In this document: positions 9,456-18,073 of the stretch, piece by piece
How the letters are laid out: each line of letters starts with the position of its first letter
Position numbering within the stretch: the first letter of the stretch is position 1
The notes under the pieces: generated by a model
What the model was told of the DNA's origin: nothing
Databases searched by the model: none
What the model saw: only the letters and a program-made list of their open reading frames with translations
Made by a program: the position numbers and the translations under genes
NCBI GenBank assembly: GCA_965205975.1
Contig: OZ242195.1
Span: forward strand, 3,840,001-3,904,000
Direction of reading: 5' to 3'
Length of the DNA: 64,000 nt
DNA from: Candidatus Latescibacterota bacterium
GTDB taxonomy: Bacteria > Latescibacterota > UBA2968

Positions 9456-10691
9456 ATGTCCGATTTTTCAATCGCAGAAGCTGTACACAACGCATTCGGA
9501 AACCACGCCATAGTCGATATACACACCCACCTCTACCCCGCCTCAATGGGCGAACTCTACCTATCGGGACCCGACGAACTCCTCACCTATCACTACCTCA
9601 AAGCCGAATGCTCGCGCATGTTGCCCGAAGGCATTGCAGTTGACACATTTAACAACATGCCCGCCGTAGAACAGGCCGACATCATCTGGCAACAACTCTT
9701 CGTCGGCAACAGCTCGCCAATATCCGAAGCCCAACTCGGCATCGTCACCGTCATGAACCGCCTGGGACTGAACCCCCGCGCAGAAGACCTGTCCGAATTT
9801 CGCGCATTCCACAACTCAAAAACACCCGAAGAATACACCGACATGGTCTTTGAAAACGCCGGCGTCGCCAGTGTCTATATGACCAACGACCCCCTCGACG
9901 ACATCGAAGGTCCCATGTGGCAACAGGGCATCGACATCGACTCGCGCTTCAGAGCAGTCCTGCGCCTCGACAGCGCGCTCATGAACTGGCCCGCCCCCGC
10001 CGACAAACTCCGCGCCCTGGGATACGACGTAGAAGAAAGCCTATCCGACAAAACCTTTGCGGAACTGCGTCGCTACCTCACCGACTGGGTCCAAAAAATG
10101 GACGCCCGATACATGGCCATATCGCTCCCTCCGGACTTCGCATACCCATCTGAAGACAGCATCTCCCAAATGATGGGCAACGTCGTATATCCCACAGCCC
10201 ATGAACTGCAAATCCCCTCGGCAATGATGATCGGCGTCACCCGGCAAGTCAACCCAATCCTCAAAGACGGCGGCGACAGCCTGGGCAAATGGGACATCGC
10301 CAACCTTGAACGCATCGCACGCGACTGGCCCGACGTCAACTTCCTCATCACATTGCTCTCGCGCGAAAACCAGCACGAACTCTGCGTCACCGGACGCAAA
10401 TTCCCCAACGTACACCCCTTTGGCTGCTGGTGGTTCTTAAACAACCCCAGCATCATCCGAGAAATAACAGCCGAACGCCTCGAACTCCTCGGCACCAGCT
10501 TTGTACCTCAGCACTCCGACGCCCGCATCCTGGACCAATTGCTCTACAAATGGACCCACTCCATCGGCGTCATCGCCCCCGTCTTCATCGACAAATACGA
10601 ATCGCTGTGCGCTGCGGGCTGGCCCCTCACCCCTGCGGACATCCAGCGCGACATCGCCACCATGTTTGGCGGCGGCAAATTACTGGACTAA
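9456..10691 (+). CDS. Uronate (glucuronate) isomerase-like amidohydrolase-fold protein
   Basis: DIHTHL, 'DELLTYHYL', 'MTNDP', 'GCWWFLNNPS', 'PQHSDARILDQL'; SD AAGGAG. Confidence 0.85.
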   Translation: MSDFSIAEAVHNAFGNHAIVDIHTHLYPASMGELYLSGPDELLTYHYLKAECSRMLPEGIAVDTFNNMPAVEQADIIWQQLFVGNSSPISEAQLGIVTVMNRLGLNPRAEDLSEFRAFHNSKTPEEYTDMVFENAGVASVYMTNDPLDDIEGPMWQQGIDIDSRFRAVLRLDSALMNWPAPADKLRALGYDVEESLSDKTFAELRRYLTDWVQKMDARYMAISLPPDFAYPSEDSISQMMGNVVYPTAHELQIPSAMMIGVTRQVNPILKDGGDSLGKWDIANLERIARDWPDVNFLITLLSRENQHELCVTGRKFPNVHPFGCWWFLNNPSIIREITAERLELLGTSFVPQHSDARILDQLLYKWTHSIGVIAPVFIDKYESLCAAGWPLTPADIQRDIATMFGGGKLLD

Positions 10692-10794
10692 TGAAAAACA
10701 ACTAAAACAATAAGGGAACCGCTTTGGACATTAAAAAAGCGCCATCCTAAAAGGACAACGCGCTATCAATCGTGTTTCTAACAAAGGATTCAAA

Positions 10795-11556
10795 ATGTCA
10801 CCTGTCAATCTAGGAAGTGCATTAGGCCAAGCAATAGGCAATCTCTTTGAAGGCAAACTTGAAGAAATTCTGAGGAAAGTTGTAGAAGATTCTGGATATG
10901 TATATCACAGCGGTCGCGATCCTTTACCGAATTACACCGGAAAGACCTTGAGAGCAAAAGACAAAAATGGCAAATTCTGGAGCATTGATTCAGCAGTAAC
11001 GGACGAATACGGTCATCTCATCATCTTGGGAGAAATGAAATATATCCAGCGGGCAAAACATGCCACCGATAAAGGAAGTTGGATCTGTAACTGTCATACA
11101 CTGCTTCGCCAAACTTTTCCCACCATACGCGCATCCATAGCAATGCTGGCGGGAGGATGGAGTGAAAATGTACGCAGAATGGTACGGGATACCGGAACAG
11201 ATATCTTTTTTGTACCTTATGAGGAGGTCGTGAACACATTTTTGCAAAAAGGAATCGAGATTAACTGGACCGATGCCACAAGCGATGTGGCTTCTAAAAT
11301 CGCATGGGAAGCATTTAGTGATCTTGATGAACAAGCGTTAGGTGAAATTAAGCACTCTATAACTCGAAAAATCGCAGAACCTTTGAAAATACACGTCGAG
11401 AACATATTGAACGACAGACAAGAGCGAAAGATCACTGAAATCGAGATCAACATTAAAACCAACAAAGGCGAAACAATTAACGTGCAGCATTCCAATGCAG
11501 AAGAAGCGCGAGCTACTCTTAAAAATCTACAGTCTCATCCTTTTTTTCAAAATTAA
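10795..11556 (+). CDS. Putative Type II restriction endonuclease (PD-(D/E)XK)
   Basis: 'GQAIGNLFE...ID...GEMKY...KHATDKGSWIC'; low GC; convergent with a DNA MTase. Confidence 0.65.
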   Translation: MSPVNLGSALGQAIGNLFEGKLEEILRKVVEDSGYVYHSGRDPLPNYTGKTLRAKDKNGKFWSIDSAVTDEYGHLIILGEMKYIQRAKHATDKGSWICNCHTLLRQTFPTIRASIAMLAGGWSENVRRMVRDTGTDIFFVPYEEVVNTFLQKGIEINWTDATSDVASKIAWEAFSDLDEQALGEIKHSITRKIAEPLKIHVENILNDRQERKITEIEINIKTNKGETINVQHSNAEEARATLKNLQSHPFFQN

Positions 11557-11558
11557 AG

Positions 11559-12881
11559 TCATTTGGTTAGCGTCAAAATTCCTTCACTCAATTTGACCGA
11601 ATGACGCTGAGGGTTATTTTTCCATTTTCCACCTCTTGTTCTCAAAAGTTCAAAATCGTAATCAGAAAAACCGATGGCTAAGCCCAATTTACCAATATAG
11701 TCATAGATGGGAATATATACGCCATACGGTGCCGAATCACCCAATACGAGATGGAATTTTGCTCCTTTTTTCATGGTTCGATACGTATCGCCTATAACGC
11801 GAAACATATCGTTATGGTAGCCAGCAACCATAAGATCATAACTCTTCTTACCTCCCCTGACAAGTCTCAATTCGGAAAGCTTATGAATCTTCTCAAGGAG
11901 GCTATTATATACTTCTCGGCTCCCCTGTTGGATGGAATCATCCAAAGGATCAGCTTCAAAATCACCCCGGTTAATTTGAGTCGTTGCAGAGGTAATAAGC
12001 TGCGTTCTAACTTTTTTTGTGATCTCGCCCCATGTCTTTGCAAACCCCCAAAAATAGGTCTCAAAACGCGTTCTATCAGCATAATCGTAATTGTTTAAAT
12101 AAGGAGGCGACGTAAAGACACAATCAAAAATGCCATCTTCGAGTATCCCCATTGTATTTCGACTGTCTCCTTTAATCGGATGAGCACTCGCGAGTCCCTT
12201 TTGATGTGCATAAAGATATAGATCGTCATACATCATCCACAGGACTTGCTTGAAAGCTACCAAACCATCCGTTTCTCGGATTTTCTTTTTAGGCGCAATA
12301 TAGGGCCATCCCGTTGCTGCTCCTGAAGAAATACGCAGAGCACACGTCAAAGCTGTTTTAAAAAATGTGTGATAAGGTTCTCTCTTTTTCTTTATTATTT
12401 CTCGAATGATGTGGAGACGGGCAAGATTCGTGTCTGATAGACATTTCCGAATCAATTCGGGATATTCTGATAGATCAATTTGTTTAAGGTTGGCTTCATT
12501 TATTAAATCACTTGCTTTATTGATAACCTCTTGAATTTTAAAATAGAGCTTCTCATAGTCGAAATCCCAATACAATTTAGAAGAAGCAATTTCGTAAACA
12601 AAAGGATGAGCTTCTACACCATAAGATTCAATTCCCTGGAGCTTGGCTACAACTAAAGTTGTACCTGTGCCCATAAAGGGATCATAGATGGTCTTACCTG
12701 GACAAAGATCATCTTGGCGTATAATTTCTTCTACGGCCTTATAAGAAAAGCCTGCAGGATACTGGAACCATCTGTGTATCGGTGCTGTTTTACTGTCTTG
12801 AAACGTACCATAATTAGCCTTGAAGCTCCCATTGACCGGTATGCTTTTTTGTGTTTTTAAGGAAAGACCAAGTTGTGCCAT
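11559..12881 (-). CDS. Site-specific amino-DNA methyltransferase (probably N4-cytosine)
   Basis: Motif I DPFMGTGTT precedes motif IV TSPPY; 'HRWFQYPAGFS'. Confidence 0.9.
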   Translation of the reverse strand: MAQLGLSLKTQKSIPVNGSFKANYGTFQDSKTAPIHRWFQYPAGFSYKAVEEIIRQDDLCPGKTIYDPFMGTGTTLVVAKLQGIESYGVEAHPFVYEIASSKLYWDFDYEKLYFKIQEVINKASDLINEANLKQIDLSEYPELIRKCLSDTNLARLHIIREIIKKKREPYHTFFKTALTCALRISSGAATGWPYIAPKKKIRETDGLVAFKQVLWMMYDDLYLYAHQKGLASAHPIKGDSRNTMGILEDGIFDCVFTSPPYLNNYDYADRTRFETYFWGFAKTWGEITKKVRTQLITSATTQINRGDFEADPLDDSIQQGSREVYNSLLEKIHKLSELRLVRGGKKSYDLMVAGYHNDMFRVIGDTYRTMKKGAKFHLVLGDSAPYGVYIPIYDYIGKLGLAIGFSDYDFELLRTRGGKWKNNPQRHSVKLSEGILTLTK

Positions 12882-12991
12882 TGTTATCTCCCTTCGTGAA
12901 GGATGAGGAGTGATACTGAAAAGGGGAATAGGGGAAAGGGGAGAAAAAAGCACTTGTCTGCCTGAGAAACGGCATAAGTAGATAAGACAAA

Positions 12992-13024
12992 GTTGATATA
13001 CTCACAAAAGTTGAGTGTGTCAAC
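12992..13024 (-). promoter_or_regulatory. Sigma70-like promoter of the MTase overlapped by an imperfect palindrome
   Basis: Minus strand TTGACA-17 bp-TATATC; arms GTTGATATACTCA / TGAGTGTGTCAAC. Confidence 0.55.
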
Positions 13025-13059
13025 CCTAAAACAGGACATTGATTGTACGGAGTAACCCC

Positions 13060-13584
13060 ATGAATTGGCGTTATAATATCACGGTTATAATTAGTGCATT
13101 TTTTTTCTTCTCAGGAACGGGGTTGTGTGCGCCGTATAAAATCTATATCTTTATGGGAGAAACCTGTCCGGTCTCGCGGCATTACACCTTGACACTCAAA
13201 GAACTACACGCAGAATACGCATCTGAAAAACTCGAATTCATCGGCGTATTCCCCAATCGACTCTCCACCCCAGCCACGATTGCCGCGTTCAAAGAAAAAT
13301 ACGCCTTGCCATTCACCTGCATCGGGGACGCCACCCACACCTGGGTAAACCGACTGGAAGCAACAATCACGCCAGAAGTCGTCGTCACCGACACATCGCA
13401 CACCGCCATCTATCGGGGTCGCATTGACAACACCTTTGCGGATTTGGGCAAAAGACGCCGCGTCATCACCGCCCACGACCTCGCAGATATACTGAAAGCC
13501 CTCAAGAACGAAAAACCCCCGGTATTTCGCCAGACCCAGGCCATTGGCTGCATCATAACCTCATGGCAAAACACAAAGGAATAA
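13060..13584 (+). CDS. Exported redoxin (AhpC/TSA-like) protein
   Basis: Signal-like N-terminus; CPVS, 'ATITPEV', 'YRGRIDN', 'AIGC'. Confidence 0.8.
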   Translation: MNWRYNITVIISAFFFFSGTGLCAPYKIYIFMGETCPVSRHYTLTLKELHAEYASEKLEFIGVFPNRLSTPATIAAFKEKYALPFTCIGDATHTWVNRLEATITPEVVVTDTSHTAIYRGRIDNTFADLGKRRRVITAHDLADILKALKNEKPPVFRQTQAIGCIITSWQNTKE

Positions 13585-13588
13585 AGCC

Positions 13589-15127
13589 ATGCGACCACTT
13601 ACCCTCTCCATACTCGCGATCCTCCTCGCCGTTACTTCGCCACGCGCGGAAGCCCCTACCTTTAGCAAAGACGTCTCATCGATCATATACAACAACTGCA
13701 CATCGTGTCATCGCAACGGTGAAATAGGGCCTATGCCCCTCACAAATTACAGCGAAATCGCGGCTTATGCAGACATGATCAAACACGTCACAGAAACCCA
13801 ATACATGCCCCCGTGGAAACCCGATTACAACTACAGCCAGCACATCGGCGCGAGAACACTCACCAAAACAGAAATCAACACCATCTCAAACTGGGTCAAC
13901 GCTGGCTTTCCCCAGGGCGATATCGCCATTGAAGCCCCCATGCCGGAATTTCCAACAGGCTCTGTACTCGGCACCCCCGACCTCGTACTCACCATGGCAG
14001 AACCCTTTACAATCCGCGGCGACAATGAGGATCAGTACCAGGTCTTCGTCATCCCAACCCATCTCACAGAAGACCGGGAAGTCGAAGCCGTTGAATTTCG
14101 ACCCGGCAACAGCAGAATCGTTCACCATGCCCTCATCGGCGCCGACATCACGGGCACTGCCCGCCAAAGAGACCTCGAAACCCCGGAATACGGTTACGAA
14201 TCCTTTGGTGCATTCGGCGCGCCAACCGCTGTTGTCCTGCCCGGATACACACCCGGCGCAAAACCCCCGATATATCCCAAAGGCGTTGGACACATACTCC
14301 CCAAAAACTCCGACTTACTGATCCAGGTACACTACGCACCCTGGCCACTTGCAGAATCCGATCAATCCAGCATCAACATATTCTTCAAAAAAGAACCCAT
14401 CGAAAGAGAAGTGGGTTTTATCACCTTCGCACCGCTCACCACGGACGGTGAAAGACTGAGCAGACTATTCAGGGTCCTGCTCGGAGAAGAGCGACACGGC
14501 GGCACCCCCGTAGAAAAGATCCGAATCAACGATATCTTTATCATCCCGAAAGACCAGATCAAAACATTTCACACGACACTCTTCATCAATCGGGACATCA
14601 GCCTCCTGTCCATCTACCCGCACATGCACTTGTTGGGCAAATCCTGGGAAATCTATGCCACAGACCCACAGGGCAACCGCACCAACCTCATCCGTATTGA
14701 AGACTGGGATTTTAACTGGCAGGGCAATTACACCTTCACCCAATATCAGAAAATAACCGCGGGATCCCAAATCCACGCCATTACCACCTACGACAACACC
14801 ACAAACAACCCGCTCAACCCCAACTATCCCCCCCGCCAATCGACCTGGGGCGAAAAAACCACCGATGAAATGCTCCTGGCGGTCATGGAATACATACCCT
14901 ACCGACCAGGCGATGAAAACATCGCCCTCACCGTTGGCAGGGGCGGCGAAATAAGCATAGACTTCAATGGCAATGGACAAAAGGACTTCGCCGACTTCCT
15001 CCTATTCGTCCAGAACTTTGGCCTGAACCGAAACGACACCAGCTATCAGCGCCACTTTGACCTCAACGGAGATGGACACATCAACTTCACCGACTTTATC
15101 ATCTTCGCCAATCAATATGCGGCATAA
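13589..15127 (+). CDS. Exported haem-c + copper type II ascorbate-dependent monooxygenase-like protein with a dockerin/EF-hand-like tail
   Basis: CTSCH, MPPW, IVHH, QVHY, PHMH, WDFNWQ, DEM; C-terminal DFNGNGQKDFADF...DLNGDGHINFTDF. Confidence 0.78.
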   Translation: MRPLTLSILAILLAVTSPRAEAPTFSKDVSSIIYNNCTSCHRNGEIGPMPLTNYSEIAAYADMIKHVTETQYMPPWKPDYNYSQHIGARTLTKTEINTISNWVNAGFPQGDIAIEAPMPEFPTGSVLGTPDLVLTMAEPFTIRGDNEDQYQVFVIPTHLTEDREVEAVEFRPGNSRIVHHALIGADITGTARQRDLETPEYGYESFGAFGAPTAVVLPGYTPGAKPPIYPKGVGHILPKNSDLLIQVHYAPWPLAESDQSSINIFFKKEPIEREVGFITFAPLTTDGERLSRLFRVLLGEERHGGTPVEKIRINDIFIIPKDQIKTFHTTLFINRDISLLSIYPHMHLLGKSWEIYATDPQGNRTNLIRIEDWDFNWQGNYTFTQYQKITAGSQIHAITTYDNTTNNPLNPNYPPRQSTWGEKTTDEMLLAVMEYIPYRPGDENIALTVGRGGEISIDFNGNGQKDFADFLLFVQNFGLNRNDTSYQRHFDLNGDGHINFTDFIIFANQYAA

Positions 15128-15131
15128 AAAA

Positions 15132-15187
15132 AGGGCAACCACGAGGATTGCCCCTACAACATTGGGCGAGGCATGCCTCGCCCCTAC
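15132..15187. repeat. REP-like pair between convergent genes
   Basis: GGGCAACCACGAGGATTGCCCCTAC + GGGCGAGGCATGCCTCGCCCCTAC. Confidence 0.85.
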
Positions 15188-15216
15188 GATTATTCACACT
15201 TCATCCTTCACCCTTC

Positions 15217-16095
15217 TCACTTCACAACCCGCGTTGTTTCGCCATCGGACTCCAGCAGGGGCAACTGGCCCCCGTGATGGACGCCGGGACCGTACAAAAC
15301 CGCCTGTTGTTCTGCCGTCAACTCACTCACCCAATCGCCATAGCGTTCCTGGGGCGTAAAAAACTTACCCACAGCGCGAGCCGCTGCGCGAGAAGCATAC
15401 TTGTAAAGCACGGAACGACGCTCACCATCGCTGCACCACGGCAGCGTACCATGCGTCATCGTCTCCGCAAAAAAGAGTACATCGCCCGCCTTCATCACCG
15501 GTTGATAAACCAGCCCCATATCGTCCTCTACGGAACGCACCTCAGCAGGTGTCGGCTCGGCAGTCTTATGACTCCCCGGCACACAGGCAAAACCACCATC
15601 GCCCTCATTGACATCCGTCAACTGCCACGCCACAGTAATACCCCGACAGAAAATCTTCCCATTCTGCTGGTGATACCACACCGACTGGCTAAACGGCTCG
15701 CCACCGCCGTGCAGTGTATGACCCTCTGCGCCCTTGTGCGCGCTAATCAACAGCGGACCGTGATCCAGGCGAAAACCCTTGCCGCTAAACTCATTCAAAC
15801 GACTCACCACAACCGGATGAACCAGCAACTTCCGAAACGGCTCGCGATAGGGTTCGGGCCAGCCCAACATACCCGTAAGCTCGCGCCGCCCCTCTTTACC
15901 CGTAAGCGCGGACGAACCCCGCGCCAGACCGCCATCTTCAATAGACCGCGTCCTGATCTCATCCCCGTAGTGATCAATCGCATCATTACACGCCTTGACC
16001 TCATCCGCAGACAACGCCCCCCGCACGACCAGATAACCGCGCAGGTCAAAAAAGTACTTCTCCTCTTCGCTCACTGTATAAAGATTGTTGCCCAT
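15217..16095 (-). CDS. PhyH-family Fe(II)/2OG oxygenase (H-G-G motif)
   Basis: 'YFFDLRGYL', 'LHGGG', 'GGFACVPGSHK', 'THGTLPW'. Confidence 0.85.
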   Translation of the reverse strand: MGNNLYTVSEEEKYFFDLRGYLVVRGALSADEVKACNDAIDHYGDEIRTRSIEDGGLARGSSALTGKEGRRELTGMLGWPEPYREPFRKLLVHPVVVSRLNEFSGKGFRLDHGPLLISAHKGAEGHTLHGGGEPFSQSVWYHQQNGKIFCRGITVAWQLTDVNEGDGGFACVPGSHKTAEPTPAEVRSVEDDMGLVYQPVMKAGDVLFFAETMTHGTLPWCSDGERRSVLYKYASRAAARAVGKFFTPQERYGDWVSELTAEQQAVLYGPGVHHGGQLPLLESDGETTRVVK

Positions 16096-16118
16096 GGTAA
16101 AACGCTCCTGTTCTTAGA

Positions 16119-16976
16119 CTACCCCTCTATCCGCACGACCCCATCATCACAGACCTCCAGAGACGGCACGCGACCCCTGTGATTGGAATAGGGACCATAC
16201 ATAACCGACAACTGCTCCGCCGTCATACCCTCCACAATTTCTCGATCCCAATAAATCTCCGGCGGCGACACCTCCTGCGAAGGACCGCCCCGCGCACAGG
16301 TGCGCCCCGTATATTTGAACAAAATGGACCGCCGCGTCGTATCCAACTTCCACGGCGTTGCCCCGTGTGATTGCGCGCTATCCATAAAAAAGACGACATC
16401 GCCAGCCTCCACCACCGGCTGCTTGATCAAACCCATATCGTCGTCTCCTGTACGCACGCCACTTGGCATCGGAAACATCGCCTTGTGACTCGAAGGCACA
16501 CAGGCAAACCCACCCATACCCTCCTTACAATCGTGCAACTGCCACGCCACAGTCACACCGCCCACCCACGGCTTGCCATTCTGATGGTGATACGCGACAT
16601 GCGGCCGATGTGGCTCGCCATTTCCGTGCATCGTATGACCCGCTGTACCCTTATTACTCACAATAAACATCGGACCGTGATCCAGCCGAAACCCTTTATC
16701 GCACATCACATTGAGATACTTCACCAGCACCGGATGTGCCAGCATCTCCCGGAAAGGTTCACAATCCGGCTTTGGAAATTCCAGAATACCGGGCAACATA
16801 GGACGCCCCGTACCGGCAAAAGCAACCGACTCCCTCGCCGTGGAACCGCCGACCTGAACCCGATCCCAGTAGCGATCCACAATATCATTCGCCCGCGCAA
16901 CCTCCTCTTTTGACAACACGCCTTTCACGACGAGGTATCCCGTCAAATCCCAGAAATACCGCTCGCGCGCATCCAT
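16119..16976 (-). CDS. PhyH-family Fe(II)/2OG oxygenase (H-G-N motif)
   Basis: 'YFWDLTGYL', 'MHGNG', 'GGFACVPSSHK', 'SHGATPW'; SD AAGGAG before MDARE. Confidence 0.85.
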   Translation of the reverse strand: MDARERYFWDLTGYLVVKGVLSKEEVARANDIVDRYWDRVQVGGSTARESVAFAGTGRPMLPGILEFPKPDCEPFREMLAHPVLVKYLNVMCDKGFRLDHGPMFIVSNKGTAGHTMHGNGEPHRPHVAYHHQNGKPWVGGVTVAWQLHDCKEGMGGFACVPSSHKAMFPMPSGVRTGDDDMGLIKQPVVEAGDVVFFMDSAQSHGATPWKLDTTRRSILFKYTGRTCARGGPSQEVSPPEIYWDREIVEGMTAEQLSVMYGPYSNHRGRVPSLEVCDDGVVRIEG

Positions 16977-17209
16977 AAGGCAATCTCCTTTTGAGACAGG
17001 TGAATATTTTTTAAGATAAATATGAATGAACCTAAAATTTCCAAAAGTCAATTTTTTTCGACAGGGCACAGGGAAAAAAACGAATAGACGAATAGACGAA
17101 CCCTGCCCTACCACCCAACGGGCGGGCACAGGGGCACCGCCCCTACATTGATGAACTGGCCCGAATCAGTTGTACACCGCTCCGTTGATTCGCTGATTCG
17201 CGCTTTTTA

Positions 17210-18073
17210 TCAAAACAAATCCATCTGCACAGGCTCCTCTACAACCTGTTCTGCGGGCCAGGGTGGCATCTCGCCGACATCTATATCCCCGGACAACATC
17301 TGGTGAAAATGGCGCGCCAACTGCGGTGCAAAAAAATCATCGGGTGCGTGCATAAACACAAAAGGCGTTCGCCCCTCCCGTATCCAATTGGCAACCACCG
17401 GCACCCACTCTGCGAGAAGCGGCAAATTCTTCTCAACCTCGGGATGTCCAACAAACCTCACAAAAGGAAAACGCCCCGTTGCGACGAATCGAACAGGGAC
17501 CTTTGGTTTTTTTCGCTGCGCTTCGCGCCCTGCAACATCATCCGTCTGAGCACTGTGCAACCCCCGCGTATCAAAAACCACGCGATCTACCCCATGGCTT
17601 TTGAGCACCGCATTCAGCTCATTCTCTGCCTCGGCAAAAAACAAACGGTGCCGAATTTCTACCGCATAAGAAAATGTATCGGGCAGCGCGTCTAAAAACC
17701 TGTCCAACACCGGCAAGTCATCCGGCCCAAAAGAGGGAGGCAACTGCAAAAATGACGGACCCACCCGATCCTGTAACACCGCGAGAACATCTACAAACGC
17801 AGCCGTCTCCAACTCGGCATTCCGCAACCGCTTGCTAATCGCACGCGGAAACTTAAGCGCAAAGCGAAAACCCGGCGGCGTATCAGCCAGCCAGCGCAAC
17901 GCGGCTTTTTCCGAAGGCAAACCGTAAAAAGTAGTATTGCCCTCCACGGTATTAAACACAGAGGCGTACTGTTTCAAAAAATCTTTCTGCACAACATCGG
18001 GCGCAAACAACTCGCCCACCCACGCTTTATTGCCCCAAACCGGACAGCCCAAAAAATATCGATCAATGCTCAT
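17210..18073 (-). CDS. DUF72 (YecE-like) protein
   Basis: 'LGCPVW', 'FNTVEGNTTFY', 'FLQLPPSF', 'AVEIRH', 'FMHAPD'. Confidence 0.88.
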   Translation of the reverse strand: MSIDRYFLGCPVWGNKAWVGELFAPDVVQKDFLKQYASVFNTVEGNTTFYGLPSEKAALRWLADTPPGFRFALKFPRAISKRLRNAELETAAFVDVLAVLQDRVGPSFLQLPPSFGPDDLPVLDRFLDALPDTFSYAVEIRHRLFFAEAENELNAVLKSHGVDRVVFDTRGLHSAQTDDVAGREAQRKKPKVPVRFVATGRFPFVRFVGHPEVEKNLPLLAEWVPVVANWIREGRTPFVFMHAPDDFFAPQLARHFHQMLSGDIDVGEMPPWPAEQVVEEPVQMDLF

